From Okamejei kenojei (Eukaryota), in NCBI GenBank assembly GCA_035221665.1, contig CM069162.1:27032001-27096000 (forward strand): 64,000 bases of DNA, read 5' to 3'. The notes beneath the pieces were generated by a model. The model was not told the origin of the DNA, did no database searches, and saw only the letters and a list, made by a program, of their open reading frames with translations. Positions 57,901-63,176 of this stretch are shown here, in pieces. The position numbers and the translations under genes were made by a program. Position 1 is the first letter of the stretch; each line of letters opens with the position of its first letter.

Positions 57901-60882
57901 GCAGTGCTCAGCATGGACCATTCTATGTCACTAACGTGTTTGAAATCCTGCATGAGGATCTGAAGGTTTGTACACAAATCATACTCTGTTATGATCAGTT
58001 TTGCTTCCAATTTTTTGATATTCTCAAATGGTCACGGTTGGATCTAAACGCACATTTTTAAAAATTCCGATCTGGTTATATAATCATCAGTCAAAACACA
58101 AAGTGCTGCAGTAACTCAGCGGGTCAACCAGCATCTGTGGATGAAATGGACAGGAGGGTGGGGACCCTTCTTCTAGGCTTTAGTCTAAAGCAGATTCTAA
58201 CCTCGAAAGTGGAGTCGACTCGAAAATGTCGCCTTTCCATTCTCTCCACAGATGCTGTCTGACCTGCTGAGTTATACTAGCATTTTGTGTTTTGATCAGG
58301 ATTCCACATTTGCAGTTTCTTTAGACTTTATACAATCACTGACCTTCTGCAATCATTTTTTGGAAGTGTTAAATGCACCCTGGTTGCAAATGTTCATGAT
58401 ACTCAACTCGTGTTCACGATATTTCAACTCAATGATTATATTGATGTGTCAATGTACACACCCGGACTTGATCCTTTCTCTTTTCCTTTCTAGGATAGTA
58501 ATGGGCAGTTTGCAGGCGGTGGAGTCTCAGTCTTCTACTCCCATGTCCTCCAGATGCTGTTTTTCAGTTACAGTCAGGGCAAATCCTTTGCAGCCATGTT
58601 AAGTCGCACAACCCTGGAAGTGCAGCGTCTGTTCCCAATCAATCTGAAGAGGTGAGTGACAAGCAAGGACTATCGCACACAGAGGCTCGTGACACTTGGG
58701 GACTGTCACACAGGGCTGGCACCTGCGCACTCTTATAAACGAGATGGTGATCGAACATCTCTTTCAACAGCTTCTCAGATATTGGGATCTTCTCAGCTTT
58801 TATACTTTATATTTCATCTAACAATAGAGTGAACTAACAGAGACATTTACGAAAAAGAAATAAAAAGCAAAATTCTGTAAATACTGGAAACCCCAAGCAG
58901 GATAGATGGCATGTGGAGAAAGTGCAGGGAGGTTAAATATTCTGTTATAGCATCTTGATCTGAAGAGCTTGAAGTCGAAGATAAATGCAGCACATGATGA
59001 AAGAATGGCTCGACTGGGCTGATATTCACTGGAATTTGGAAGGATGAGCGGGGATCTTATAGAAACATGTACAATTCTTAAGGGCTAGATGCAGGAAAAA
59101 ATTCCCGATGTTGAGAGCGTCCAGAACCAGGGGTCACAGTTTAAGAATAAGGGTTAGGCCATTTAAGACTGAGATGAGGAAAAACTTTTTCACCCAGAGA
59201 GTTGTGAATCTGGAATTTTCTGCCACAGAAGGCAGTGGAGGCCAACTCAGTGGATGTTTTCAAGAGAGAGTTAGATCTCGCTCTTAGGGCTAACACAATC
59301 AAGGGATATGGGGACAAAGCAGGAATGGGGTACTGATTTTGGATGATCAACCATGATCATATTGAATGGCGGTGCTGTCTCAAGGGGCTGATTGGCCTAC
59401 TCCTGCACCTATTTTCTATGTTCTACGTTTCAATAAATGGGCTCCTCTGCCAGCCATCATGTCCGTATTTACACTTATCCTACCCTAAGCTGTTATTCGA
59501 CTTCACATATCCATCAAATCCCCCCCAGATTCTGCCAATCACCTGCACGTTCAGAATAACTTATCCTGGCCAGTTAACCAAGCAAGTTGCAGTGCTTGGG
59601 GTGTGGAACAAACTGGAAGACCCATGCGGTCATGGAGATGGTACAAACTCCACGCACACAGCACCAGAGGTCAGGATTAAACCCAAAGCAGCAGCTCTAC
59701 TTGTAGTGTTGTTGCATCCTCCTCCACCACAATCTGCATCTAATATATCCATGTACATCTTCTCTACATTCATATTCAAGGCATTCATTACCATTGATGA
59801 TAAATGCACCATTTTGAAGGCTTGGTGGTTGTACCTGAGTTTTGTCTATTTATATCTCTACCTCTAACTCCTGCTTCCCATCTTCTTTGTTTCCTCCTCC
59901 TCTCCCTCTGTTGCTTTCATTATTTTCCTCCTTTCCTGCAGACTTTGCTTCTCATTCTTTAACGGTAATATTAAATTGGAAAGCTCTTCTGGCACACTGT
60001 CACAAATGGCGTACTCTCAAATAATGTATTTGATTTCACATTGTCTCACAGCGTCTCTGTATCTTCTGAAGCTCTCATCCCTTCACACATTTCCTCGTAT
60101 GAGTCATCCAGCCGTGGCTCCTCAGTTGACGTCTTTCCTCCTGGCAGATCTCTTGCACACGCCCTTCACCTCCAGCCCGGCCTCTTTACTGAAGAGCCAT
60201 CAATTGAATTGAAAAATACAGCATAGAAAATGGTCCACCGAGTCCATGTTGACCATCGATTACCCGTTTACACTATTTCTACATTATCCCACATTCGCAT
60301 CCACCCCCTGCCCTCTTGGTGCAATTTACAGAGACCAATTAACCTACAAACTAGCACATCCTATGGACGTGGGAGGAAAGCAGAGCACCTGCCGGAAACC
60401 CAAACGGTCACAGGGAGAACATGCAAACTCCACACAGAGAGCATCCAAAGTCAGGATGGCAGTAGCTCTACCAGCTGTGCCAATGTCCCTTCCCTAATTT
60501 ACTTTCCTTCACTACTTTCCATGTGTAAGTTTCTTATTATGTTAGAATAATACAGCTTAAACAGGACCTTTGGCCCACAATGTGCCAAACATGATGCCGA
60601 GTTAAACTGATCTAATCTGCCTGTAGAGGTGTATCATGACTTCCTTACTCTTAGGAGCCGGTATGATTAATTTGTTCATATTTTTATTGCTTTATTTTCC
60701 CCTCTAGTTCCAATGGTGGTAGTGGGAAGACAGTTCCTGCCTTATGCCAGTGGTCAGAAGTGATGAACCATCCAGGTCTTGTTTGCTGTGTCCAACAAAC
60801 CACTGGAATTCCACTGGTTATTATGGTTAAACCAGACACGTTTCTTATCCAGGAAATAAAAACCCTACCTGCCAAAGCCAAG
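1841..60882 (+). CDS. UBR4: UBR4 (p600) ubiquitin ligase gene, 5' part: 45 coding exons, 6591 nt / 2197 aa, continues past window
   Basis: Exon translations match recalled vertebrate UBR4 in order ([40 protein letters not shown] box [43 protein letters not shown]). All introns are GT-AG with consistent phases. Confidence 0.97.
2390..2516 (-). mobile_element. Short Penelope-derived repeat with minimal hammerhead-like core
   Basis: Minus strand reads CTGAAGAAGAGTCTCGACCTGAAACGTC-ACCCATTCCTTCTCTCCAGAGATGCTGCC...; same family as the 3' part of the GIY-YIG element at 61321-61988. Confidence 0.7.
2901..4412 (-). mobile_element. CR1-clade (HER1-like) LINE, 5'-truncated, degenerate RT and 3' end
   Basis: Minus-strand peptides [38 protein letters not shown]...[20 protein letters not shown]; (TTCTATGT)-type tail at 2901; frameshifted; interrupted by a SINE. 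Confidence 0.92.
3023..3306 (+). mobile_element. tRNA-derived V-SINE (HE1-like) nested in CR1 LINE
   Basis: A box TGGCGCAGCGG (3033-3043), B box GGTTCGATCCC (3085-3095), V-domain-like GCGTGGGTTTTCTCCG...GGTTTCCTCCCACA, CR1-like tail GGGCCGAAGGGCCTGTTTCCGTGCTGTA. Confidence 0.88.
5510..5930 (-). mobile_element. CR1-clade LINE 3' fragment
   Basis: Colinear similarity to the 2901-3600 copy. Confidence 0.7.
6630..7350 (-). mobile_element. Degenerate Rex1/Babar-like LINE, APE endonuclease region
   Basis: Minus-strand fragments [43 protein letters not shown]; many stops and frameshifts. Confidence 0.65.
8040..8330 (-). mobile_element. HE1-like V-SINE
   Basis: Reverse-complement similarity to the SINEs at 3023 and 35198 (GGAAACAGCCCCTTCGGCCCACCGAG...CCAATTAACCTACAAACC...GGGAGGAAAC). 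Confidence 0.8.
9318..9415 (+). CDS. UBR4: UBR4 exon 2
   Basis: [32 protein letters not shown]. Confidence 0.95.
9909..10012 (+). CDS. UBR4: UBR4 exon 3
   Basis: [34 protein letters not shown]. Confidence 0.95.
10449..11224. mobile_element. Non-autonomous hAT-like DNA transposon, 776 bp
   Basis: TIR CAGAGCTGCCAAGT / ACTTGGCAACTCTG (13/14); flanking direct repeat TGCTTA; subterminal ATAC(G/T)GA repeats at both ends. Confidence 0.8.
11629..11758 (+). CDS. UBR4: UBR4 exon 4
   Basis: [43 protein letters not shown]. Confidence 0.96.
11815..12430 (+). mobile_element. CR1-clade LINE 3' fragment with nested Penelope-derived repeat (12219-12310, minus)
   Basis: LHLVYCVQF and [27 protein letters not shown]; nested copy contains CTGAAGAAGGGTCTTGACCAGAAACGTC on the minus strand. 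Confidence 0.8.
12493..12632 (+). CDS. UBR4: UBR4 exon 5
   Basis: [34 protein letters not shown]...TQ. Confidence 0.94.
13560..13662 (+). CDS. UBR4: UBR4 exon 6
   Basis: [34 protein letters not shown]. Confidence 0.94.
13822..13948 (-). mobile_element. Short Penelope-derived repeat (second subfamily)
   Basis: GAAGGAACTGCAGATGCTGG...GGGTCGAGACCCTTCTTCAGAC; resembles the 40221-40315 copy. Confidence 0.7.
15011..15152 (+). CDS. UBR4: UBR4 exon 7
   Basis: [46 protein letters not shown]. Confidence 0.96.
15419..15543 (+). CDS. UBR4: UBR4 exon 8
   Basis: [41 protein letters not shown]. Confidence 0.96.
15760..17150 (-). mobile_element. Old, degenerate CR1-clade LINE
   Basis: Minus-strand [11 protein letters not shown] and [13 protein letters not shown]; [11 protein letters not shown] near the 3' end. 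Confidence 0.7.
17302..17423 (+). CDS. UBR4: UBR4 exon 9
   Basis: [40 protein letters not shown]. Confidence 0.95.
18418..18477 (+). CDS. UBR4: UBR4 exon 10
   Basis: [20 protein letters not shown]. Confidence 0.95.
18520..18878 (+). mobile_element. Degenerate CR1-clade LINE 3' fragment
   Basis: Ends GGGCCAAAGGGCCTGTTCCTGTGCTATGCTGCTCTATGTTCTA. Confidence 0.65.
19654..19844 (+). CDS. UBR4: UBR4 exon 11
   Basis: [45 protein letters not shown]... Confidence 0.96.
20068..20895 (-). mobile_element. Cluster of CR1-clade 3' fragments (two minus-strand, one short plus-strand piece near 20138-20210)
   Basis: GAGTCATAGAGTCATACAGCAC tail at about 20492; CCCACATCCCTCTAAACC...; GGCCTGTCTCCGTGCTGTAA followed by (TTATATGG)n. 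Confidence 0.7.
21010..21109 (+). CDS. UBR4: UBR4 exon 12
   Basis: [33 protein letters not shown]. Confidence 0.96.
21876..22013 (+). CDS. UBR4: UBR4 exon 13
   Basis: [46 protein letters not shown]. Confidence 0.95.
22989..23106 (+). CDS. UBR4: UBR4 exon 14
   Basis: [39 protein letters not shown]. Confidence 0.96.
23873..24060 (+). CDS. UBR4: UBR4 exon 15 (poly-proline tract)
   Basis: [42 protein letters not shown]...RRDPEL. Confidence 0.95.
24288..24458 (+). mobile_element. CR1/HER1-like LINE 3' end
   Basis: GGAGAGAAGGCAGGTACGGGATACTGAGTTGGATGATCAGCCATGATCATATTGAATGGCGG...TTCTATGTTTCTATGTTTC. Confidence 0.82.
24608..24767 (+). CDS. UBR4: UBR4 exon 16
   Basis: [53 protein letters not shown]. 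Confidence 0.96.
24988..25330 (-). mobile_element. Penelope-derived repeat with longer purine-rich (3'UTR-like) extension
   Basis: GGAAGAACTCAGCGGGTCAG...GACCCTTGTTCAGACTGA...AAAGCTGGAAAAGAGGTG; extension shared with 50941-51090. Confidence 0.6.
25550..25646 (-). mobile_element. Short Penelope-derived repeat
   Basis: AGATAGACACAAAAAGCTGGAGTAACTCAGCGGGTCAG...GACGTTTCATGTCGAGACCCTTGTTCAGAC. Confidence 0.7.
25714..25799 (+). CDS. UBR4: UBR4 exon 17
   Basis: [28 protein letters not shown]. Confidence 0.95.
26479..26648 (+). CDS. UBR4: UBR4 exon 18
   Basis: [56 protein letters not shown]. Confidence 0.96.
26954..27236 (+). CDS. UBR4: UBR4 exon 19
   Basis: [36 protein letters not shown]...[11 protein letters not shown]. 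Confidence 0.96.
27884..27915. repeat. Poly-C homopolymer (about 32 nt)
   Basis: Directly visible; similar runs at 1159-1176 (G), about 41925-41949 (G) and 43377-43398 (C). Confidence 0.9.
29086..29224 (+). CDS. UBR4: UBR4 exon 20
   Basis: [46 protein letters not shown]. Confidence 0.93.
29630..29978 (+). mobile_element. CR1-clade LINE 3' fragment
   Basis: [51 protein letters not shown]. Confidence 0.88.
29990..30203 (+). mobile_element. Penelope-like element fragment (RT-to-GIY-YIG linker)
   Basis: Reads [19 protein letters not shown]...[30 protein letters not shown] across a frameshift; overlaps in homology with the start of 61323. Confidence 0.7.
30451..30530 (+). CDS. UBR4: UBR4 exon 21
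   Basis: [26 protein letters not shown]. Confidence 0.92.
30718..30846 (+). CDS. UBR4: UBR4 exon 22
   Basis: [43 protein letters not shown]. Confidence 0.94.
31646..31828 (+). CDS. UBR4: UBR4 exon 23
   Basis: [28 protein letters not shown]...[24 protein letters not shown]. Confidence 0.96.
31885..32170 (-). mobile_element. HE1-like V-SINE
   Basis: CCAATTAACCTACAAG...CAAACTCCACATAGACAGTACCCGAGGTCAGGATCAAACCCGGGTCTCTGGCG. Confidence 0.75.
32800..32922 (+). CDS. UBR4: UBR4 exon 24
   Basis: [41 protein letters not shown]. Confidence 0.94.
33287..34025. mobile_element. CpG-rich non-autonomous DNA element with one-sided 171-bp palindrome (Crypton-like, inferred), inserted in a CR1 3' fragment
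   Basis: Palindrome 33291-33461 centred on GCGAAGC; 12-bp IR at 33466-33477 / 34013-34024; terminal ATACAAT / ATATAAT; CR1 sequence resumes on both sides. Confidence 0.6.
34817..35046 (+). CDS. UBR4: UBR4 exon 25
   Basis: [76 protein letters not shown]. Confidence 0.95.
35198..35517 (+). mobile_element. Near full-length HE1-like V-SINE
   Basis: A and B boxes, V-domain-like core, CR1-like tail and (CTAAA)n end. Confidence 0.88.
35750..36135 (+). mobile_element. CR1-clade LINE 3' fragment
   Basis: [19 protein letters not shown]; tail GCTGTATGACTATGA. Confidence 0.75.
36260..36381 (+). CDS. UBR4: UBR4 exon 26
   Basis: [40 protein letters not shown]. Confidence 0.94.
37146..37243 (+). CDS. 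UBR4: UBR4 exon 27
   Basis: [32 protein letters not shown]. Confidence 0.94.
38762..38919 (+). CDS. UBR4: UBR4 exon 28
   Basis: [52 protein letters not shown]. Confidence 0.96.
39032..39531. mobile_element. Two CR1/HER1-like 3' ends in inverted orientation (about 39032-39308 minus; 39379-39531 plus)
   Basis: CCGCCATTCAATATGATCA versus TGATCATATTGAATGGCGG; about 150 bp of complementary arms. Confidence 0.8.
40221..40315 (+). mobile_element. Short Penelope-derived repeat with intact minimal hammerhead core, sense to UBR4
   Basis: CTGAAGA-A-GGGTT-TT-GGCCC-GAAAC-GTT at 40222-40249. Confidence 0.72.
40500..40712 (+). CDS. UBR4: UBR4 exon 29
   Basis: [70 protein letters not shown]. Confidence 0.96.
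40790..41078 (+). mobile_element. HE1-like V-SINE
   Basis: TGGCGCAGCAG A box; GGGTTTTCTCCGGGTACTCCGGTCTCCTCCCACA; GGGCCGAAGGCCTG...CCGTGCTGTATCTCTAAAGTCTA. Confidence 0.85.
41471..42805. mobile_element. Non-autonomous hAT DNA transposon, 1335 bp, CpG-rich
   Basis: Perfect 14-bp TIR CAGGCACGTGCCGT / ACGGCACGTGCCTG; perfect 8-bp TSD CTGATGCC (41463-41470, 42806-42813); subterminal TGCCTACCCTGA at both ends; no transposase ORF. Confidence 0.92.
43410..43548 (+). mobile_element. Short Penelope-derived repeat (degenerate)
   Basis: TTGAAGAAGGGTCCTGACC...GATGCTACCTGACCCACTGAG...AAACCAGCATCTGCAGTTCC. Confidence 0.65.
43798..43899 (+). CDS. UBR4: UBR4 exon 30
   Basis: [33 protein letters not shown]. 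Confidence 0.96.
44723..44823 (+). CDS. UBR4: UBR4 exon 31
   Basis: [33 protein letters not shown]. Confidence 0.96.
46283..46481 (+). CDS. UBR4: UBR4 exon 32
   Basis: [65 protein letters not shown]. Confidence 0.96.
46700..46797 (+). mobile_element. Short Penelope-derived repeat
   Basis: GGGTCTCGACCCGAAATGTCACGCATTCCTTCTCTCCAGAGATGCTGCCTGTCCCGCTGAGTTACTCCAGCATTTTGTGTC. Confidence 0.72.
47203..47391 (+). CDS. UBR4: UBR4 exon 33
   Basis: [62 protein letters not shown]. Confidence 0.96.
47630..47693 (+). CDS. UBR4: UBR4 exon 34
   Basis: [21 protein letters not shown]. Confidence 0.94.
47926..48117 (+). CDS. UBR4: UBR4 exon 35
   Basis: [22 protein letters not shown]...[29 protein letters not shown]. 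Confidence 0.96.
48229..48299 (+). CDS. UBR4: UBR4 exon 36 (UBR box, N-terminal part)
   Basis: [23 protein letters not shown]; AAG acceptor. Confidence 0.96.
48470..48660 (-). mobile_element. HE1-like V-SINE (5' two-thirds)
   Basis: CCAATTAACCTACAAACCTGTACGTCTTTGGAGTGTGGGAGGAAACCG...GGCAGCAACTCTACCGCTGTGCCA. Confidence 0.85.
49212..49359 (+). CDS. UBR4: UBR4 exon 37 (UBR box zinc finger)
   Basis: [49 protein letters not shown]. Confidence 0.97.
49428..49622. repeat. Inverted pair of Penelope-derived repeats
   Basis: ACCCAAAGTGCTGTAGTTACTCAAC... versus ...GTTGAGTTACTCCAGCACTTTGTGGGT. Confidence 0.72.
50198..50656. repeat. 73-bp direct repeat pair (50198-50270 and 50584-50656)
   Basis: AGGGGATTGGTTATCATATTACTGAGG...GAGGGGTTGTTTGTTAA; 2 mismatches seen. 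Confidence 0.88.
50810..51247. repeat. Inverted pair of Penelope-derived repeats around a purine-rich spacer; left arm has tandem hammerhead-like cores
   Basis: CTGGAGTAGCTCAGCGGGTCAGG... versus ...CCTGATTCGCTGAATTACTCCAG; cores at 50874-50901 and 50912-50939 (minus) and about 51119-51146 (plus). Confidence 0.7.
51385..51615 (+). CDS. UBR4: UBR4 exon 38
   Basis: [30 protein letters not shown]...GCREELQTQ; alternative donor possible at 51618. Confidence 0.92.
53429..53599 (+). CDS. UBR4: UBR4 exon 39
   Basis: [57 protein letters not shown]. Confidence 0.95.
54330..54512 (+). CDS. UBR4: UBR4 exon 40
   Basis: [61 protein letters not shown]. Confidence 0.97.
55115..55420 (-). mobile_element. 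Rex1/Babar-like LINE 3' end
   Basis: Minus strand reads [14 protein letters not shown], followed by a 3'UTR ending near AATAAAC. Confidence 0.65.
55575..55733 (+). CDS. UBR4: UBR4 exon 41
   Basis: [53 protein letters not shown]. Confidence 0.97.
56230..56382 (+). CDS. UBR4: UBR4 exon 42
   Basis: [51 protein letters not shown]. Confidence 0.97.
56848..57395 (-). mobile_element. CR1-clade LINE 3' fragment
   Basis: AGAACAGTACAACACAAGAACAGG...CCCTCACCTTAAAGCTATG...CAATACTCCAAATGTGGCCTAAC. Confidence 0.78.
57738..57965 (+). CDS. UBR4: UBR4 exon 43
   Basis: [33 protein letters not shown]...[17 protein letters not shown]. Confidence 0.97.
58092..58320. repeat. Inverted pair of Penelope-derived repeats
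   Basis: CAAAACACAAAGTGCTGCAGTAACTCAGCGGGTCA... versus ...TGACCTGCTGAGTTATACTAGCATTTTGTGTTTTG. Confidence 0.7.
58494..58651 (+). CDS. UBR4: UBR4 exon 44
   Basis: [52 protein letters not shown]. Confidence 0.96.
58993..59430 (+). mobile_element. CR1/HER1-like LINE 3' fragment
   Basis: [30 protein letters not shown]; tail TTCTATGTTCTA. Confidence 0.87.
60210..60485 (-). mobile_element. Degenerate HE1-like V-SINE
   Basis: CCAATTAACCTACAAAC...GGTCACAGGGAGAACATGCAAACTCCACACAGA. Confidence 0.7.
60708..60882 (+). CDS. UBR4: UBR4 exon 45 (last exon recognised in the window)
   Basis: [58 protein letters not shown]. Confidence 0.96.
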
Positions 60883-61320
60883 GTCAGCGACTGTCTCTCT
60901 GAAAATGTATCTGGTAGATAGTATAAATTGGTTCAACGGTACTTTATTGTCCTATGTACCTCAATGCAGTGAAATGCTTTGTTTGCACAATTCAGTAAAA
61001 ATCATACCTTACATAAGTACAAGGGGGCAACGATCATATTGTCAGATCGTAAGTGAAAAATCACTGAGGGGAAGTCACCATGTTCCTGGGTCCATCTTGT
61101 ATCCCTCAACTCCACTTCTTATAAATATCTCGTCTTTGCCCTTCAAGGCTTGTTGTATGGTGGCGGCACTAGATCGGGGCTGCAGGGGCGGCCTGTCCTG
61201 GCAATGCTGTTGGTGTATTAGTGCAGTTTATTGCAGTACAATGTATTGATGTACTGGATAAGCAATCCGGCAACGACCTCTCTTTAATTTCTGCCTAAGG
61301 ACTAGCCTTAAATTGTCTTT

Positions 61321-61988
61321 CCAAACAGTCTTTCCAGGTGAGGCAGAGGTTCACTTGAACCTCCTCCAACCTCATCTATTGTATCCGTTGTTCCAGGTGC
61401 CAACTTCTCTACATCGGAGAGACCAAACACAGGCTCAGCGATCGTTTCGCTGAACACCTCCACTCAGTCCTTCTTAACCTACCTAATCTCCCAGCACTTC
61501 AACTCCCATTCCCAATCTGATCTTTCTATCCTGGGCCTCCTCCATTGTCAGAGTTTGACGCAGCATAAATTGGAGGAACAGCACCTCGTACAATACAATA
61601 CAATACCATTTATTGTCATTTGAACCTCATTGAGGTTCAAACGAAATTTAGTTTCTGCAGTCATACAAACAAGAAAAAGAACCAAGACACAACACAATTT
61701 GCACAAACATCCATCTGAACATATTTTGCTTGGGTAGTTTACACCCCAGCGGTATGAACATTGACTTCTCTAACTAGATAGCCCTTGCTTTCCCCCTCCA
61801 TCCCCTCCCAATTCCCCCACCAGTCTTACTGTTCCAACTACATTCCATCTTTGTCCCGTCCCCTCCCCTGACATCCGAATGGTCACCCATTCCTTCTCTC
61901 CAGAGATGCTGCCTGACCCGCTGAGTTACTCCAGCATTTTGTGTCTACCTTCAATTTAAACCAGCATCTTCAGTTCTTTCCTACACAA
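61321..61988 (+). mobile_element. Penelope-like retroelement 3' part: GIY-YIG endonuclease pseudogene plus 3' repeat
   Basis: From 61323: KQSFQVRQRFT*TSSNLIYCIRCSRCQLLYIGETKHRLSDRFAEHL...KLEEQHL / IFCLGSLHPSGMNIDFSN; followed by the short repeat family sequence. Confidence 0.88.
61588..61720 (-). mobile_element. 133-bp LINE 3' end (Rex1-like, inferred) nested in the Penelope ORF
   Basis: (CAATA)n tail plus TTTATTGTCATT; hairpin TTTGAACCTCA-T-TGAGGTTCAAA; splits ...EQHL from IF... Confidence 0.65.
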
Positions 61989-62723
61989 GTCTTAAATTGT
62001 CCTTTAGCTCAGCCGGTGCACAGGCATCAGCCCTTCGAGGCTTACTGAGGATTGCACCTTTTTATTTGTGTTACTAACTGGGGATGTGCTCTGAGTTATT
62101 CTGAGATATATTAATTGTGTTTCTATAGGCGCAAAATACACAAACCTCTTGAGAACAAACTGTGCAAACCTCAGTATAGATTGCTTTAAATAGGCCCAAT
62201 GTAACTCAATCTACTAAAACCAGATAATCCTAAAACAAGAATGATATTCTTACTGAAGTGACAGAATCAATCACTGTGCTACTGTGCATCAATAAAATTG
62301 GCTAGAGACTGAACATTTCTCCATGGTTATTTTGTTTAGATTCTGCTGCCAGTTTCAAATTCCACATTTGTGACATATTTTATGTTGGCAGTTACAGTTG
62401 ATGATATACTGACCATAGGAATGTAGTGAGTGATTTCAATTGTCAAACGGCAGGGAAGGAAGGCCGTCAGCTTTCCTGTACAGCTGAGCCGCATTTGTAA
62501 TGAAGCATAGCAAACTCTCCAAAAAATAATGAAATCTGAAATAAAGGTTTTCAAATTAGTAATTTCGTATGCAGCAGCATGGCATATGACTGCTCAAAAT
62601 AGTGAGGAAAAGGATGAATAACAAAGGACAGAAAAAACAGGTGCTTGAGCAAACAATCAGTTTGTGGTTATAATACGTCCAAATGTTTCCTATCTTTTCA
62701 GTTTCAGTGAAAAGCCTCCAACT

Positions 62724-63176
62724 ATTCAATTCAATTCAATTCAATCTTTAATTGTCATTGCGCAGTGTACAATACAGAGACAACGAAATGCAGTTGGTAT
62801 CTTCGAAGGGTGAACTTACGAATAAACAAGTAATACATATACATATACAGTGGTATCCGTGCAATTTGCTGGTGATTGGGTAGTCCAGGGGGGGGTGAGG
62901 GGGTGGAGACAGGCAGTCATTGAGGTGCAGCGTTGAGTAGTGTGACAGCCGCAGGGAAGAAGCTGTTCTTGAGCCTGCTGGTACGGCAGCGGAGGGACCT
63001 GTAGCGTCTCCTGGATGAGAAGGGGGTAAACAGTCTATGGTTGGGGTGTGAGCTGTCCCTGGCGATGCTGTGCGCCCTGCGCAGGCATCGTTTACTATGG
63101 ACAGACTCAATGGAGGGGAGTGAGGAGCCTGTGATGCGTTGGGCGATCTTCACCACCTTCTGCAGAGCTTTCCGGT
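62724..63176 (-). mobile_element. Rex1/Babar LINE 3' end
   Basis: VKIAQRITGSSLPSIESVHSKRCLRRAHSIARDSSHPNHRLF...RTSRLKNSFFPAAVTLLN; (TTGAA)n tail. Confidence 0.88.

Noticed and set aside
59343-59867. Longest six-frame ORF (174 aa)
   Set aside because: It runs across a CR1 3'UTR and an antisense SINE relic with no recognisable domain; a chance ORF.
62330-62435. Possible next UBR4 exon or C/D snoRNA (TTGATGA...CTGA)
   Set aside because: The translation does not match the expected IQDMVAIRH and hits a stop; the boxes are too close and lack a terminal stem.
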